A stretch of 64,000 nt of DNA from Eledone cirrhosa (GCA_964016885.1 OZ024740.1:70928001-70992000), one strand, 5' to 3'; shown: positions 13,184 through 25,733, counted from the first letter of the stretch. Translations and numbers: made by a program. Notes: generated from the sequence alone by a model not told the origin.

Positions 13184-16100
13184 TTACAGACACATACTCA
13201 GAGAAGGCCCATTCATTCGGGCCATACTTGCTTCTCTCACCCATCTTTCAACAAAATGCTGGGAAGAGAGCACTTCCCTCTCTACCCTGATTTTCCTTTT
13301 CAAATGAAATTTGAAAAAGTTAATCAGGGCATCACCGAAGAGGTAAGTGCTCGTCTTCAGCCCTTTCAAACGTGTCCACCATACTATCTCTTTCGCCATG
13401 GCCACCAGACAGATAAAAACTGCCTGCCCTTCCAGGCTAAAGGAAGGGGGCGGGGCAATCCTCACGATGGACTCAGCTGATAGCTGGATCCGTCCTACAC
13501 GTGACAGCAGGTGTTCGACATAAACCCACAAGTCAGCAATGCTCGGACACTGGACGAGTGCGTGCAGGACGGTTTCGTCGCCCTGCGCGCATCTCGGACA
13601 TGCCCGGCTGACGGCACCTCCATGCCTGTAGAGTTTATCCCGAACTGGCAAAGCTCCTCGGTAGCACTGCCAGGCCAGGGATTTCTGGAAGTTGTCCATA
13701 GGCCCCGGCCCGAAAGTCCTTCCGAAGAGATTGGCTAGTTGATTTTCGTCGACGCCTAGAGTTTCTCCAAGTCCACTAATCCCCTATAGAACGCCAAGGT
13801 GGAGTTTCCACCGATCACATTGCCCGATTGGTCGAGGGCTGTGAGCGCCTGCAGACATTCCAGTCTCCAAGCGCTCCCTCTCGGTCTTCGCTTGACCCAG
13901 GACTGCAGCTCCGTCAAGGAGACGAGCTGGGGAAAAACGTGTCTTGCAAACGGCGACCACACCTGATCACCGTCGAGGAAGAGGTGGAGATGTCGTAGCC
14001 TGAGTGCGTGTCTGCGCATCATCAGCCACGGCATGCCCAGCCCTCCACGTAGCGGGTGTTGACAGCAGATGGACCGCCTGACCATCGGAGCGCGTCCCTT
14101 CCACAAGAAGCGAAAGAGCAAACGCTCCAGCGCAGTCAGGCGGGGCTTAGGACAAGGTACGACGGTCAGGCGGTAGTAGATGACGGATGCGATGTACGCA
14201 TTCGCCACCTCCGCTCGACCTTTCAGGGATAGCTTCCTCTCGGCCCATTTCTGGGTGAGAGAAGCCACCCTGCTCGTCACCTCGTCCCAGTTTTTGTCCG
14301 TCTGGAGGTCTGGACCGAACCAGACCCCTAGCAATTTAACCGGTCCGTCCGTCCAGCGCCCGACGACGCTGTTGGACGGCATGGACCTGCCTCTCCAGGT
14401 GCCGAGCTGCAGGCCCACTGACTTTTCCTGGTTGATCATTGCTCCTGTCACCGCTTCGTATTCTCTTAGTGTAGTGCCGATCGCCTCGATGTGTTTGGCG
14501 TTCGACACCACTACGGTGACATCGTCGGCATATGCTGACACGGATCTTCCGCATCCTAGTTCGCGCGGGACCCCCCTCAACGTCTCCAGTTTGTGCAGTA
14601 ATGGCTCGAGAGTCAATACGTACAATAGGGACGAGAGGGGACATCCTTGGCGGACCGAGCGCATGATGTTGAACGGTTCCGAAAGGTGACCGTTCACTCT
14701 CACTACAGAGCAGATGTCGCTGTGCATGGCAGCGATCCAGCCTCTGAAGACGGGCCCAAAGCCAGCCGCCCTCAGGACTGCCGCTAGGTAACGATGGTCG
14801 ACCCTATCGAAGGCTTTCGACTGATCTAAATTGATCAAAGACCCACCCGTGCCAGGTTCCTTAGCTACCCTCTCTACGATGTATCGCATGAGGTGGAGGT
14901 TGTCGTGGATGGATCTGTCGGGAATGGCGCATGTCTGTGCCTCTCCCACCAGACCACCAACGACAAGCGCCAACCTCTTTGCTAGCACCTTGGCCAAAAT
15001 CTTGAACTCTGTGTTTAGCAAAGTTATGGGCCTAAAATTATCTATGTTATCCCCTTGTTCGGATCCTTTCTCAGCAGCGCCACCGCTCCTCGGCTCACAG
15101 AGCTGGGAATTCTCCCGTTCTGTTGCCAGTTGCAGTAGACGTCCGCCAAGAGGCCTCCGAACAAGTTTGGCATTTGTACGTAAAGTTCATAGGGCAGACC
15201 ATCCAAACCAGGCGATTTACCCCTTGTGCAGCCAGTCATTGCCTCCCGTACTTCAGCGGTTGTTATCGGCTTTTCGCAACACTCCGCCTCAGTGGCCGAA
15301 AGCCGCGGCAGTCCGTCGAGGTAGACACTAAAGTCCATCCCTCGATCCGGCCCGCCACTGCCCCCGAACACTTGAGCGAAGTGTCGCTGAAAAGCTTCAC
15401 ACATTTTCCCGGGATCGAGTAGCATGCGCCCGTCGTGGTCCACCAAAGACCGGATTGTGGCTTTGTTGCCACGACGCGCCTCCGCCACTCGGGCCCATGG
15501 AACGGCTTTCGTCCCCTCGTGTCTGAGAGCACGCACCCTAGCTCTGACAACGCAGCCTTCGTGCTTTGTATTGAAGAATTGGTCAAGGGCCAATTTCGCC
15601 GCAAGCACGTCGGTCGCGATGCCTTTGCTAAGCGCCTCATCTAATTTTCTAACTAATTCTCCCTCTGCTCTATTTTTCTCTATTGCTAAAGTCTTACTAA
15701 ACCTAATGGACTCTATTCTAATTGCTCTTTTCAGAGCAAACCACCACTTGTTGTTGACGATGGCCCCCGTCAACGCCCGCTTAACTAGTTCGCTAATCCG
15801 GTCTCTGTAGGCCTTGCGCGCTGGTAAGGACGCGTTTAGCTTCCAGTAGCCGGGTCCTCGTCTATGAAGCCTATCTAAGTCAAGCACACAGATCACGAAT
15901 TTGTGGTCCGTGTAGCTGACTATCTTGAATTGTGGACAGCCTATGCTAGACCTATCTATTTCCCTACAAAATACTCTATCTAGATATGATCTGGATGACC
16001 CTATACGATTTGTCCAAGTCCACATTGGTACATTCGGGAAATCCATTCGGTACCTGTCAGACAGTTCAAAACGTCTGAGCAGGTTGGTGAGACTCTTGCA

Positions 16101-16583
16101 CCCTCCTTCCCTATCCACTAATCCCACACAATCCCAGCGTGCATCTAAGATCCCGTTCCAGTCGCCCACTAACACTAAAGAGTGGGACGTTCCAAGAAAG
16201 GTCTCCAGACGCCGGAAGAAGTCAGGCCGCCCTGCTCCTGTCGGGGCATAGACGGCCACTAACCTGAAAGCTTGCCCGTCTCTGCTGGTCACGTCCAGCA
16301 CCACCAACTTACCTTCTGGGTCCAGGAAGATGGCCCGTATGGCAAGATCCAAACCTCTCCGAAAAAGCACAGCAACTCCTCCCCCCGAACCCGGACGGCT
16401 GGGAGATGCGTACACATCGTAGCCGCCGAAGATCGGTGCGAAAGCCTGTGCTTCGGAGATTCTGGTCTCGCTGATGGCCACTACATCTATGTTTAGTGAC
16501 CTGAGGTCGTTGAGCAGGTGGCCCTGCTTCCATGACGACCCCAAGCCACGCGCATTTATGCTGCCTATTCTGAGTGAGGTCAT
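13184..16583 (-). pseudogene. Tx1 ORF2 (APE endonuclease, RT, C-terminal CPRC..ETVLHALVQC); frameshifts near 15050 and 13770
   Basis: SINARGL, ISET, GDWN, YLDR, TDH; LDQSKAFDRV, RQGCPLS, YADD. Confidence 0.93.
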
Positions 16584-16617
16584 GTTGAAAAGGAGTGGAA
16601 AAGATGGGAAAGACCAC

Positions 16618-18610
16618 TTACCTTACTTCTCGTAGGGGAAGGACGGTTTTTCCATCCTTTTCACTGCTTGTGGCCTCCTCAGGAAGGATGTCCTTATAAA
16701 TCCTCCTGGAGAGTGCTTGTCGGAAGTCTCCGGTGTCTTTGGGGAATTTTTGTTTTAGTGCCATGTACGTTTTCTGTGTGATGCGAGTGATTTGTATGTG
16801 TGGAGGTGGTGTGAATTTTGGGGTTGTTGTGTAGTCTTTTTCTGTGATGCTGGTGTTGTGTTGGATGTAGTGTAATAATTGCTTGTTGTTCAAATTTAAT
16901 GCTGTGTAGTGTGTATCGTTTTGGTTGTTTTGTTTTGTTTGAGTTTGTTGTGGGTTTGTTTCTGTTTCGCATTTTGGTGACTTTTGTGGTGTAGGTGATG
17001 GTGGTGCTGGGGTTAATGATGGTGATGGTGTTGGTGTTTGGGTTGATGGGGTTGGTGATACTGGTGTGGATGGTGGCATATCTGTCCTAACTTTTTTGTT
17101 TCTTAATTTATTTGTTTCCCTCTGTATTTTGTTTTTGGAGGGGGAAGGAAGAGAATTTTTTCTTTTTTGGTTTCTTTTTTTTTCCCCGGATATCGTTTCC
17201 CACTCCTCGTCGTCACAATCTATCTCCAGTTGTGATAGGCCGGGGAGTGGAAAATCCTCCACAGCCGTTAGTTTTGGTTGTGGTGTGGTGGATGGTGTAG
17301 GCGCTGGTGCTAGTTCTGAAGCGTTGGGTGGTGGTGGTGTTGGTTTTGCTGGTGGTGGTAGTGGTGTTGGTTTTGCTACTGTTGCTGGGGTTGTTGCTGT
17401 TATAGTTGCTTCTGTTGTTGCTGCTACAGTTGTTGCTGCCATCTCTGCTACTGGTCGTGTTGATGGTTGTGTCACTGGGGTGGGTAGGAGAGGTTGGCTC
17501 AACCTTTTAGCCTGAGGGCAGAAAGCCCTTAGGTGGGTTCCTTCACCACAAACGACACACCTAGGTCTTCTGCCCTCGACAATTACCGTGAGGTGGCTGC
17601 CGTCAGTGAGGTCTATTACCTCTGGGATCTCCTCAATGCTTTTTTTGGTCCGCTTGGATCAGGAGCTCCAGCCCAGATCCGGACCAGTTTTCCTGCTTTT
17701 CTTTTGCTATTGCTATTATTTTCGTGTTGGCTTCGATGCCGGCGAGGACAGCCGCTATTAGCCAGGGAATTTCGATGGCCGGTGGAACGTGGGTCACCCT
17801 GATCTTTACGAGTCTCTGGCCACAATAGCTTGGGACGAGTGTGAAGTCGTCACTTTTTAATGGGGCCATGGAGTGTTCTCTAGCCTCCTCTGGTGTTTCA
17901 AAGAACACATCCACGGTTCCATACTTTTGCCCACGTCTGATGTGGGTTTTTCTTGCCCACACATGTCCCAAAGCTTTTTGGATTTGGGACTCGGATGCCC
18001 GTTCCACTCGGCGCGATTTTACATTTATTGTTCTATACGACACGGTGCATAGGCGCCGATGCTCCATTTTATTAGGTGGGGGGGTGAGGCTGACCCTGTA
18101 CCCATCTTTCTTTACCATTTGTTTGGCATTTTCTAAATCTTCCTGAGTTACCGTGAACGCTTCGAATTGTTTTGCTACTCTGGCGAAACTGAGGGGGGTT
18201 TTTATAATGTCATTGTTGTTGTTGTTGCTATCGTTATTTGTGTTAATATTAATTTTAGTTTCAGTTGTGGTGGTGGTGACGTCAGTCGTCTTTGGTGCGG
18301 AAGAGTCCATTTTGCTTGATTTCATTTCGACATCACGAGTTAATTTATTTTTTTCTTCTTTTGTTTCTGTTGTCGCGGTGGTGGTGGGGGTGGTGGTTGT
18401 CGCGGTGGTGGTGGTGGAGGCTTTAACACCTGCAGTCATTGGTAATGGCGGGAAATGAATGTCTGCCTGAGACAAATTTAAAATATTGCTAGTGCTTATA
18501 TTTTTTTTTGTGTTGGCAAACGTAGTAACATTTACAATGGTGGTGTCGGTGTGAGGTGTTAATTTGTGAGGAAGGCTTTCAGCTGTTTGTTGCAGAGGTG
18601 AATTATCCAT
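16618..18610 (-). CDS. Tx1 ORF1 (gag-like, CCHC knuckle CVVCGEGTHLRAFC, Pro/Thr-rich tail); one frameshift in an A-run near 17640
   Basis: ORFs 17633-18610 and 16618-17502 are joined by a frameshift; homologous to 28040-30003. Confidence 0.8.
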
Positions 18611-18818
18611 TTTTTTTTCAAAGAAATTTTTTGATAATAATAAAAGTTAAAATTTTGGGCACAAGGCCCCAATCTTTTTGGGTGTCCTTTTCGGAAAACA
18701 ATGTATGTGCTTATAAACAGTTAACAATAAAATTTTCCATAAATGGCAATTTTTAACAAACGGAAAATAACAAACCTTTGCGGAGCTCACGATGATACGA
18801 TTTACTACGTAGGTCGCC

Positions 18819-18849
<31 letters not shown>

Positions 18850-18850
<1 letters not shown>

Positions 18851-19130
18851 ACTCGTGCAATGCCTGTGCGTGACGAATATTTTTTAAAGTGAGGAAAGAC
18901 TGTGCACTGAGCCAATCCCACTCTCTGAACGACAGTAGCTATAACCCGAAAAGAAGAAAAGATCGACATCATCGGTAACTACTGAGCTGCAGGTTTTATA
19001 TTTGAGTTAACCCAATTTCCTGAGATGCCTTCTCCCAGAAGAATGTCCTGACAAGGGCAAGGGGTTTTTCACTCCCAGTGGTTTAACTGCGCGATCGGGC
19101 ATCCAGCCCGATTATTTCTATGACCCCGCG
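18850..19130 (-). mobile_element. RTE-type 5' UTR, probably the displaced 5' end of the 9225-12860 element
   Basis: Minus-strand cccttgcccttgtcaggacattcttctgggagaagg is homologous to ccttagcctttgtcaaggcagaattctaggagaagg in the 600-bp RTE derivative. Confidence 0.6.
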
Positions 19131-19399
19131 CAAAAAAAAAAATTCAAAAAAAATCACTTATTGACACTTATACGTACGACATACACACGCGCGCATACAT
19201 ACGCGCGCACACACACGCATACATACGCGCGCACACAGCAACACTCATACATACAAACAAACACACACACGCTACTCACTTACACACACACACATATATA
19301 TATATATTACCGTCATTACTGATACAAGATTACAAGATTATGTCAACTGTTGACTTTCAAGAGTTTGTATAGTTGAAGCCGTTCGTATTACAGTCCAGT

Positions 19400-19560
19400 A
19401 TTATCATAATTGCTTTACAGCATAGAGTTATGGCTCTCCACACTCTGAGCTCAAATCCCGCCGAGGTCAACCTTGCCTTTCATCCCCACGGAGTCAACAA
19501 AAGAGAGTACCAGTGATGCGTTGGACCAGTCGCTGGATCCGTGGCAAAAGCAGAACAATT
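19400..19560 (+). mobile_element. tRNA-derived SINE (degenerate)
   Basis: ctgagctcaaatcccgccgaggtcaaccttgcctttcatcc core. Confidence 0.8.
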
Positions 19561-19863
19561 ATTATTAAAGTTGTTTTCTTAAGGCCCGGTCGCTGGTGAT
19601 GGTGATGGCGGCGGTGGTGGTGGTGGTGGTGGCAGTTGATGTTGTTGTGTTGTGTGCGTGTGTGTGTGTGTTTTGTTATTTTGAGTTTTTTTGTTTGTTT
19701 GTGGGGTTTTTTTTAATCGTTTGATGCCGCTGTTGTTGTAAATGTTCATTTCAATTCATTCTGAAGCTGTTGTTGCTGTAAACATTAGTGCCGGTGTTGT
19801 TGTTATAGATGTTGGGGTTGAAATCTGGTCGTTTGAGTGAGTGATGTATATACTCATATACAT

Positions 19864-19911
<48 letters not shown>

Positions 19912-19967
19912 TCAACACAGAGTAGAGAGTTTGACAACAGGTCGATGACTTTAGTCATACATACATA

Positions 19968-20236
19968 CATGGTGGCTGCCAACTCGTTTTCGAGTACGGC
20001 CACTACTTTATATCCATGTAGGAGAACCCTTACCGATGCGCTGAACGAGTGTGACTTTTTAGTCCAGCCAGCGACTTGAAAACTCTGGTACAAACACTAC
20101 ACTTGTGACAATTATTGACACAGTGCTGGGCCCATGGTACCATGTGACGACAAGTGCAGAGAGATCTGCAGATATAAAGCAATGCCTGTGCCGTGAAGCT
20201 TTTATAGTGAGCAAAGGCACTGCACAAAGCCAGTCA
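19968..20236 (-). mobile_element. 5'-truncated copy of the RTE derivative
   Basis: Matches 7931-8190; [22 protein letters not shown]. Confidence 0.8.
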
Positions 20237-20375
20237 CATACATACATACATACATACATACATACATACATACATACATACATACATACATACATACATA
20301 CATACATGCAAATTACTTACAGTTTGGGGAAATATTTATTCATATTTTTATTACATATATGTATATATATATACA

Positions 20376-20445
<70 letters not shown>

Positions 20446-20577
20446 GTGAGGTTTTTTTTTTACAAAATGAAAAATAACCGAGGTGTCCTACACGAGTGGA
20501 AGTATAAAGAAAAATAGATGAAATCGAAAATGCAACTGAAGTCTTATTTTTTTAAAAATATATATATTTATTTGGTT

Positions 20578-20615
20578 CCTTTACCGGTTTCGCAGTTCTT
20601 CTGCTTTTCAAAAGG
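20578..20615 (-). ncRNA. Minimal type I hammerhead with U3-A8 core variant
   Basis: Reverse complement: cctt TTGAAAA gcag-aagaa-ctgc GAAAC cg GTA aagg. Confidence 0.75.
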
Positions 20616-21130
20616 TGAGTTGAGATGGAGGGTCTGTGGTTTTTCTCACATCTGGTTGGTCTCTAAATGTTACTTGTTTTATATGGAAAAACTGGCTCGA
20701 AAACCAGGTTTTTCGAGAAGTAATTTGATTGGTTTGTCAATAATTATAATAAATTTCGCGCCAGTTCGCGTTACAATAGTTCTTCAAATAAGAGAGGGGG
20801 GGGGGGGGGTTGTCACAGGTTGTTTTTTCATATATGAGTGTTTGAATTTCTTTTTACTTGAAAAAATGAGGCTCACGAAGGCTTTTTTTTGGTTGGTTAT
20901 AAATGAAATTTGGCTGTCACGTGAACAAGTTTTCATTACATTTTTGCGCCCTTATTTGGAAAACTATTCTGTAGTCTATAGTGAATGTTATGACGATGGA
21001 GAGATAGTGGTCAAGGGAAAAGGGATTGGGAGAAATGTTCTGGTTCAGTGAATATGGCCAGCTGTCAGAGTTCAGGTGTCAGAGTTCAGATTTTCTATTG
21101 AGACTGAAGATATGTGTTTATTTGTGTGCT

Positions 21131-21163
<33 letters not shown>

Positions 21164-21421
21164 ATGTGTGTATTGGAAGATGATTCTATTAGTAGAGATG
21201 GGGGAGGGAGTTGTATGTGTGTGTATATGGGTGTTATGTGTGTGTGTGCGAGTATGTTAGATAGAGAGAATATATATTTTTTGTGTGTGTGTATATATAT
21301 ATGTGTGTAGGAAAGTGGTTCTATTAGTAGAAATGGGGAGGGTGTTGTAGGTGTGGGGTTTTTTATGTGTGTGTATGGGTGTTATGTGTGTGGGAGTATG
21401 GTTAGCATGTTAAGATGAAGA

Positions 21422-21460
<39 letters not shown>

Positions 21461-21653
21461 GTGTGTGTATGTGTGTGTGTAGGAAAATGATTCCTTTAGT
21501 AGGAATATTTTTGAATGAACATATTTTCCTGACTTTTTCGTGTTTGCCAGTGCAAACGTATGTTTAAGGTTTATTTAGTTCGGGTTTTTATTTTCTAAAG
21601 TAGGTGTTATGTGTGTGTGTGTATGTCATATTGTGGTGTTGTCATAATGTATA

Positions 21654-23402
21654 TTAAACCTTATTTAATGTTGGTCTATATTTTTGAATAAACATATTTT
21701 CCTTATTTATTCGCATTTGTTCTGTTGTATTGTTAGCGCAAAGGTAAAATGGGAAGACTTGGAATTTGGGTGTCTTATTACTTGCGCAAATGTCTAGATG
21801 TGCACTTAGTGGTATTTGTCTCGTGGTTGGATCTCGTAATTGTTGGCGATGAACTGTCATTCTGTTTCTGAGTGTGAGTTTAGTTTGTCCTATATAATCT
21901 TCATTGCATCCTTTACATTTAATGGCATAAATTAGATTTTTTGATGAGCAAGTGAAGTGATTTTTTACAGTAAAATTTTGTCCTGATTTAAATGTATACG
22001 TGTTGCCTTCAATGAGGTGAGTGCAGGTTCCACAATTAGAGCGACCACATTTTTTGATACTTGGTTGTGGGTTTGTGGTAGGTAATTTGGCATTGGTGAG
22101 TAATGTTTTCAGTGATTTTGGTTGTCTTTTGCTTTTGATTATTTTGTGTGTTTCAAGGGCTTTTTTCATTCTTGGGTTTTGTTTTAGTAGTGGGATGTTA
22201 TTGTGAATAGTGTTGTAAGCTTCCGCATTTCTTGGGTTGTGTGTTGAGATATATGATAGAATATTGGACGTACCTTGAATTTGTTTCTGTTTCCGTAATT
22301 CATCAATGCCTATTGCTTTAGCCCTTTCTATTCCATTATTTATTAGTAATAGTGGGTACTCTCTCTCAAGTAGAATTTCCTTTAATTCTTGAAGTCTTTT
22401 ATTTCGCGTTTCATAATTGGAGACAATTGTGCAAATTCTTCTTGCTAGGTTAAAAGGAATGTTCGTCTTCGTGTGCTTTGGATGGTTGGAGGTGAATAGC
22501 AGATATTGTTTGGAATCTGTTGGTTTGTAGTGTATGTCAGTTTCGATATTTGTGTCTTTTTTTGTGATTAAGATGTCCAGAAATGGGAGTTGATCTTGGC
22601 TGTATTCCATTGTGAATTGGATGTGGTTATTGATGCCGTTTATTAAGTTTTTGAAATCCTTCAGTTGGTCGAGTGTGTGGGACCAAAGAATGAGGCAATC
22701 ATCCAAGTAGCGTTTCCAATTCTCTGATAAATATTTGTGGAAGTTCAATCCGTATTTTGATTTGGACTGTTCATATATCTGGACTTCTAAGTATGCCATG
22801 ACTAAGTTGGCATAAGTTGGAGCGGCTTTTGTGCCCATCGCAGTCCCCGATATTTGCTTGTAAGTATTGCCATCGAAATCAAAAAAGTTGTTCTGTAGGA
22901 TGAATTTTAATCCCTCGGTGATGAAGCTTTTTTCTATTCTGTCAGGTATCTCATTGGGATATTTCTCTAGCCAGAATCCTATTGCTTCTAGTCCGTATTG
23001 GTGTGGGATCGTTGTGTAGAGATTCACTACATCGAAAGACACAATAATAGTGTCGTTGTTGACATGTTTGGGGAGGTGGTTTAAGAGGTCCAGATCGTCT
23101 CTTACAAGGCTTGGTATGTGTTTCAGTATTGGTTTCAGTAGTATGTCTATAAAGTTGCTCAATCTGTGTGTTTCACATTGTGGGCCCGCTACAATTGGTC
23201 TTAATTTAAGGTCTGTGGGGTATTGTGTGTTCACGCAGGCTGAGGTGGATTGTTTACAGGCATCGTTGATTATTTTACATTTGTGGATCTTCGGAAGTCC
23301 GTAAAGGTTGCTGGTTTTGTATTCAAAATTTGTTAAATAATCGCGTTCCTTTTTAGTTAGGTCTTCCTGGTATCGATAAATCAGTGTGTTTAATTTGGTC
23401 AT
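21654..23402 (-). CDS. Penelope RT-GIY-YIG polyprotein (open part)
   Basis: LYGLPKIHK, LRPIV, SFDVVNLYT, GTAMG, RYLDD, PFLD, HYKPT, CGRSNCGTC linker, NLIYAIKC..C...YIGQT, R..VH. Confidence 0.93.
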   Translation of the reverse strand: MTKLNTLIYRYQEDLTKKERDYLTNFEYKTSNLYGLPKIHKCKIINDACKQSTSACVNTQYPTDLKLRPIVAGPQCETHRLSNFIDILLKPILKHIPSLVRDDLDLLNHLPKHVNNDTIIVSFDVVNLYTTIPHQYGLEAIGFWLEKYPNEIPDRIEKSFITEGLKFILQNNFFDFDGNTYKQISGTAMGTKAAPTYANLVMAYLEVQIYEQSKSKYGLNFHKYLSENWKRYLDDCLILWSHTLDQLKDFKNLINGINNHIQFTMEYSQDQLPFLDILITKKDTNIETDIHYKPTDSKQYLLFTSNHPKHTKTNIPFNLARRICTIVSNYETRNKRLQELKEILLEREYPLLLINNGIERAKAIGIDELRKQKQIQGTSNILSYISTHNPRNAEAYNTIHNNIPLLKQNPRMKKALETHKIIKSKRQPKSLKTLLTNAKLPTTNPQPSIKKCGRSNCGTCTHLIEGNTYTFKSGQNFTVKNHFTCSSKNLIYAIKCKGCNEDYIGQTKLTLRNRMTVHRQQLRDPTTRQIPLSAHLDICASNKTPKFQVFPFYLCANNTTEQMRINKENMFIQKYRPTLNKV

Positions 23403-24932
23403 TATTTTTGATTGCTGGTAGTTTTTTTACTCTTTCATAGTAATTAGCATTTTGTAAGAGAGAGAACATAGAATTTTTATATTTTTCAGCCTCCATAATG
23501 ACAACAGTACTTCCCTTGTCCGCTTCCTTAATTACAATGTCCGGATTGTTTTTTAGTTCATGGATAATCTCCCATTCCCTTCGACTTGTGTTGGGTTTGG
23601 GTTTAGGTTGCGGTAGTTCATGGTATGGGAAGGTAGCTATGTGGTCACAAAATTTGTCCAGAACTCTGTTTCTACCTTTTGTTGGGTTGTAGCTGCTTTT
23701 ATTCCGTACAATTGATTCGTCGTTATTCTCCTTGTCAAAGAATTCCTCTGTGAGACGTAATTTTCTACAGAAGTGTGAGATATCGTCATTTATCTCGTTG
23801 GGGTTAGGATATTGTGGTGTTGGTGTGAATTTCAGACCTTTGGAGAGAATTTTTTACTTGTTGGGCTGAGAGGTTTGTATTTGAAATGTTAATTATTTTC
23901 GGTTTTTCAAAATCGGTTTGTGCCACCGGGTGTCGTGAGTCCTGTAGCCTTGGTCTAAAAAATGATTTTTCTGGAATGTTTTTTCATTGGTATTATTATA
24001 TCTAATGGTATTTCCCCTGTTGTTGTGTGGTCTTGTATAGAAGTTTCGGACGTATTGAGGTTCGGTTTGTTGATAGTCCGGGTTGTAGATTTGGTTCCTT
24101 TGTGTGGGTTGGGATCTATGGTTTTGGAACAGGCTCTGTGTGGGCAGGGGTCTACGGTTTTGGAATAGGTTTTGTGTGGGTTGTGATCTGCGGATCAGGT
24201 CCTGCCTTGTGTTCGGGGATCTTTGGTTTTTGTTAGTAGGGTTATAGTTTTGTCTATGGTTTCTGGGATTATCGTTATAGTTTTGCTGGGGGTATGTTGG
24301 ACGTTTTGTTACTTTTTTTGTTATTTGTTGTGCATGTGGTGTGTGAGTTTTAGTTTGTTTTAAAAATGGGTTACCTGTATGTTGTTCATTTTTGAAGTCC
24401 ATTTCGTAGTTGTTGAACCAGGTGGCGTTTTTTTCCCATTGCTGGAGGGATGTGAGTTCTTCATCCTCACAGTTTTCTTTCCAAAGTTTTAGGGTTTTTT
24501 TGTAGAGTAGGCCTTCAGAGTGCTTTGAGATTTCTGTGTCCATCTGTTGGTCGAGTGACTTGAATTTTTCTTCGTTGGAGTTGGCTCTTAATCGCAACAG
24601 TTCTATTTCTGTTTTAAATTTTTCCAATGCCATCTTTTCCCTAAGTCTTTGTTGGTTTTCTGGTTCATTCGGGATGGGTTTTATTTAGAGTTTTTTGGGG
24701 AGGATGATTGGGGTAGAGTTTAGCCACTTTTCATATATGTCTGCCTTGCCATTATTTTTTAGGAGATTCCAAAGGGCGAATTTGCGGGCTGTGAGCTTTT
24801 GAGTCCATATGTTGATTAGGGTGTTTTTCACTGAGTGGACATCTCGTAGATTGGGTTCTAACGGTTGTTCAAGCTTTTGGAGCATTGTTGTTTCAATGGT
24901 TTCGATTAGCTTAGTTAATACTGGAGTAATAT

Positions 24933-24970
<38 letters not shown>

Positions 24971-25044
24971 AAGTATGACCCCGACGGCAGAGCTCAAGCC
25001 GTTTCGACAGCTATTTCTGGACTAAATATATATATATATATATA

Positions 25045-25243
25045 AGGGACGTAAAATAAGAAAATTATAAAATTAACTTACTTACTAAAATCACTTCCAA
25101 CTAATTAGTTTCTGGAATGGAGTAGATACATCTTCCGAAGAAGGTGTACAGAAGCATCCCGTCATCAGGAAAGTCTATTCTCATATAAGTTTCCAGGCAA
25201 AGCGAGGACTCTGGAAGCTTATTAAAAAATAAATCAGTGAATA

Positions 25244-25245
<2 letters not shown>
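25045..25245 (-). mobile_element. Family D fragment (diverged relative of the 42871-43908 repeat)
   Basis: Shared end gacgtaaaataagaaaa...aattaacttacttact, hammerhead and upstream hairpin. Confidence 0.8.
25093..25174 (-). ncRNA. Type I hammerhead with extended stem II (family D)
   Basis: actttc CTGATGA c gggatg...[tacaccttc TTCG gaagatgta]...cattcc a GAAAC taatta GTT ggaagt. Confidence 0.85.
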
Positions 25246-25281
<36 letters not shown>

Positions 25282-25289
<8 letters not shown>

Positions 25290-25685
25290 AGATCAAAAGA
25301 TGGTTAAAGGAGTTCCATGTATTTTATTATGCGCATTTCAAAAACAAACATCATCATGCAATAATATTTGTGTTTTCATCAGATAAAACAGGAGAACATG
25401 ATATGAAGGCTAAAAAACACTTGTGGATAGTGCAGTGTTGATTTAAAACTGCACTATCCACAAGTGTTTTTTAGCCTTCATATCATGTTCTCCTGTTTTA
25501 TCTGATGAAAACACAAATATTATTGCATGATGATGTTTGTTTTTGAAATGCGCATAATAAAATACATGGAACTCCTTTAACCATCTTTTGATCTTATATT
25601 ATGTATACTCCAGTCCTACAAACTGTAGAGTGCTTCTTATCCGATATCTGCATTGCTTTATTGTACTACAATAAAACTCACCTCC

Positions 25686-25689
<4 letters not shown>
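25282..25689 (+). mobile_element. Penelope-like remnant family E with an inverted 5' arm (25282-25437 vs 25448-25602)
   Basis: About 155-bp inverted repeat between TA tracts, containing a hammerhead. Confidence 0.8.
25495..25563 (+). ncRNA. Type I hammerhead (family E); antisense copy at ~25321-25389
   Basis: ttttat CTGATGA aaacacaaat...gtttgttttt GAAA tgcgc ATA ataaaa; palindromic stem III ATGCGCAT. Confidence 0.8.

Positions 25690-25731
<42 letters not shown>

Positions 25732-25733
<2 letters not shown>

Larger units (their letters stand above)
12941..18818 (-). mobile_element. Full-length Tx1/L1-clade LINE, element 1
   Basis: ORF1 with zinc knuckle, ORF2 APE-RT-Cys-rich, AATAAA near the 3' end, (AAT)n on both sides. 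Confidence 0.93.
20440..24935 (-). mobile_element. Penelope-like element (Neptune-type) between TA tracts
   Basis: RT plus GIY-YIG ORF, frameshifted N-terminal extension (23400-24900), long 3' UTR with a hammerhead. Confidence 0.9.

Noticed and set aside
14180-16496. Many antisense and alternative-frame ORFs over Tx1 and Gypsy coding regions
   Set aside because: Shadow ORFs of GC-richer retroelement sequence with no motifs of their own
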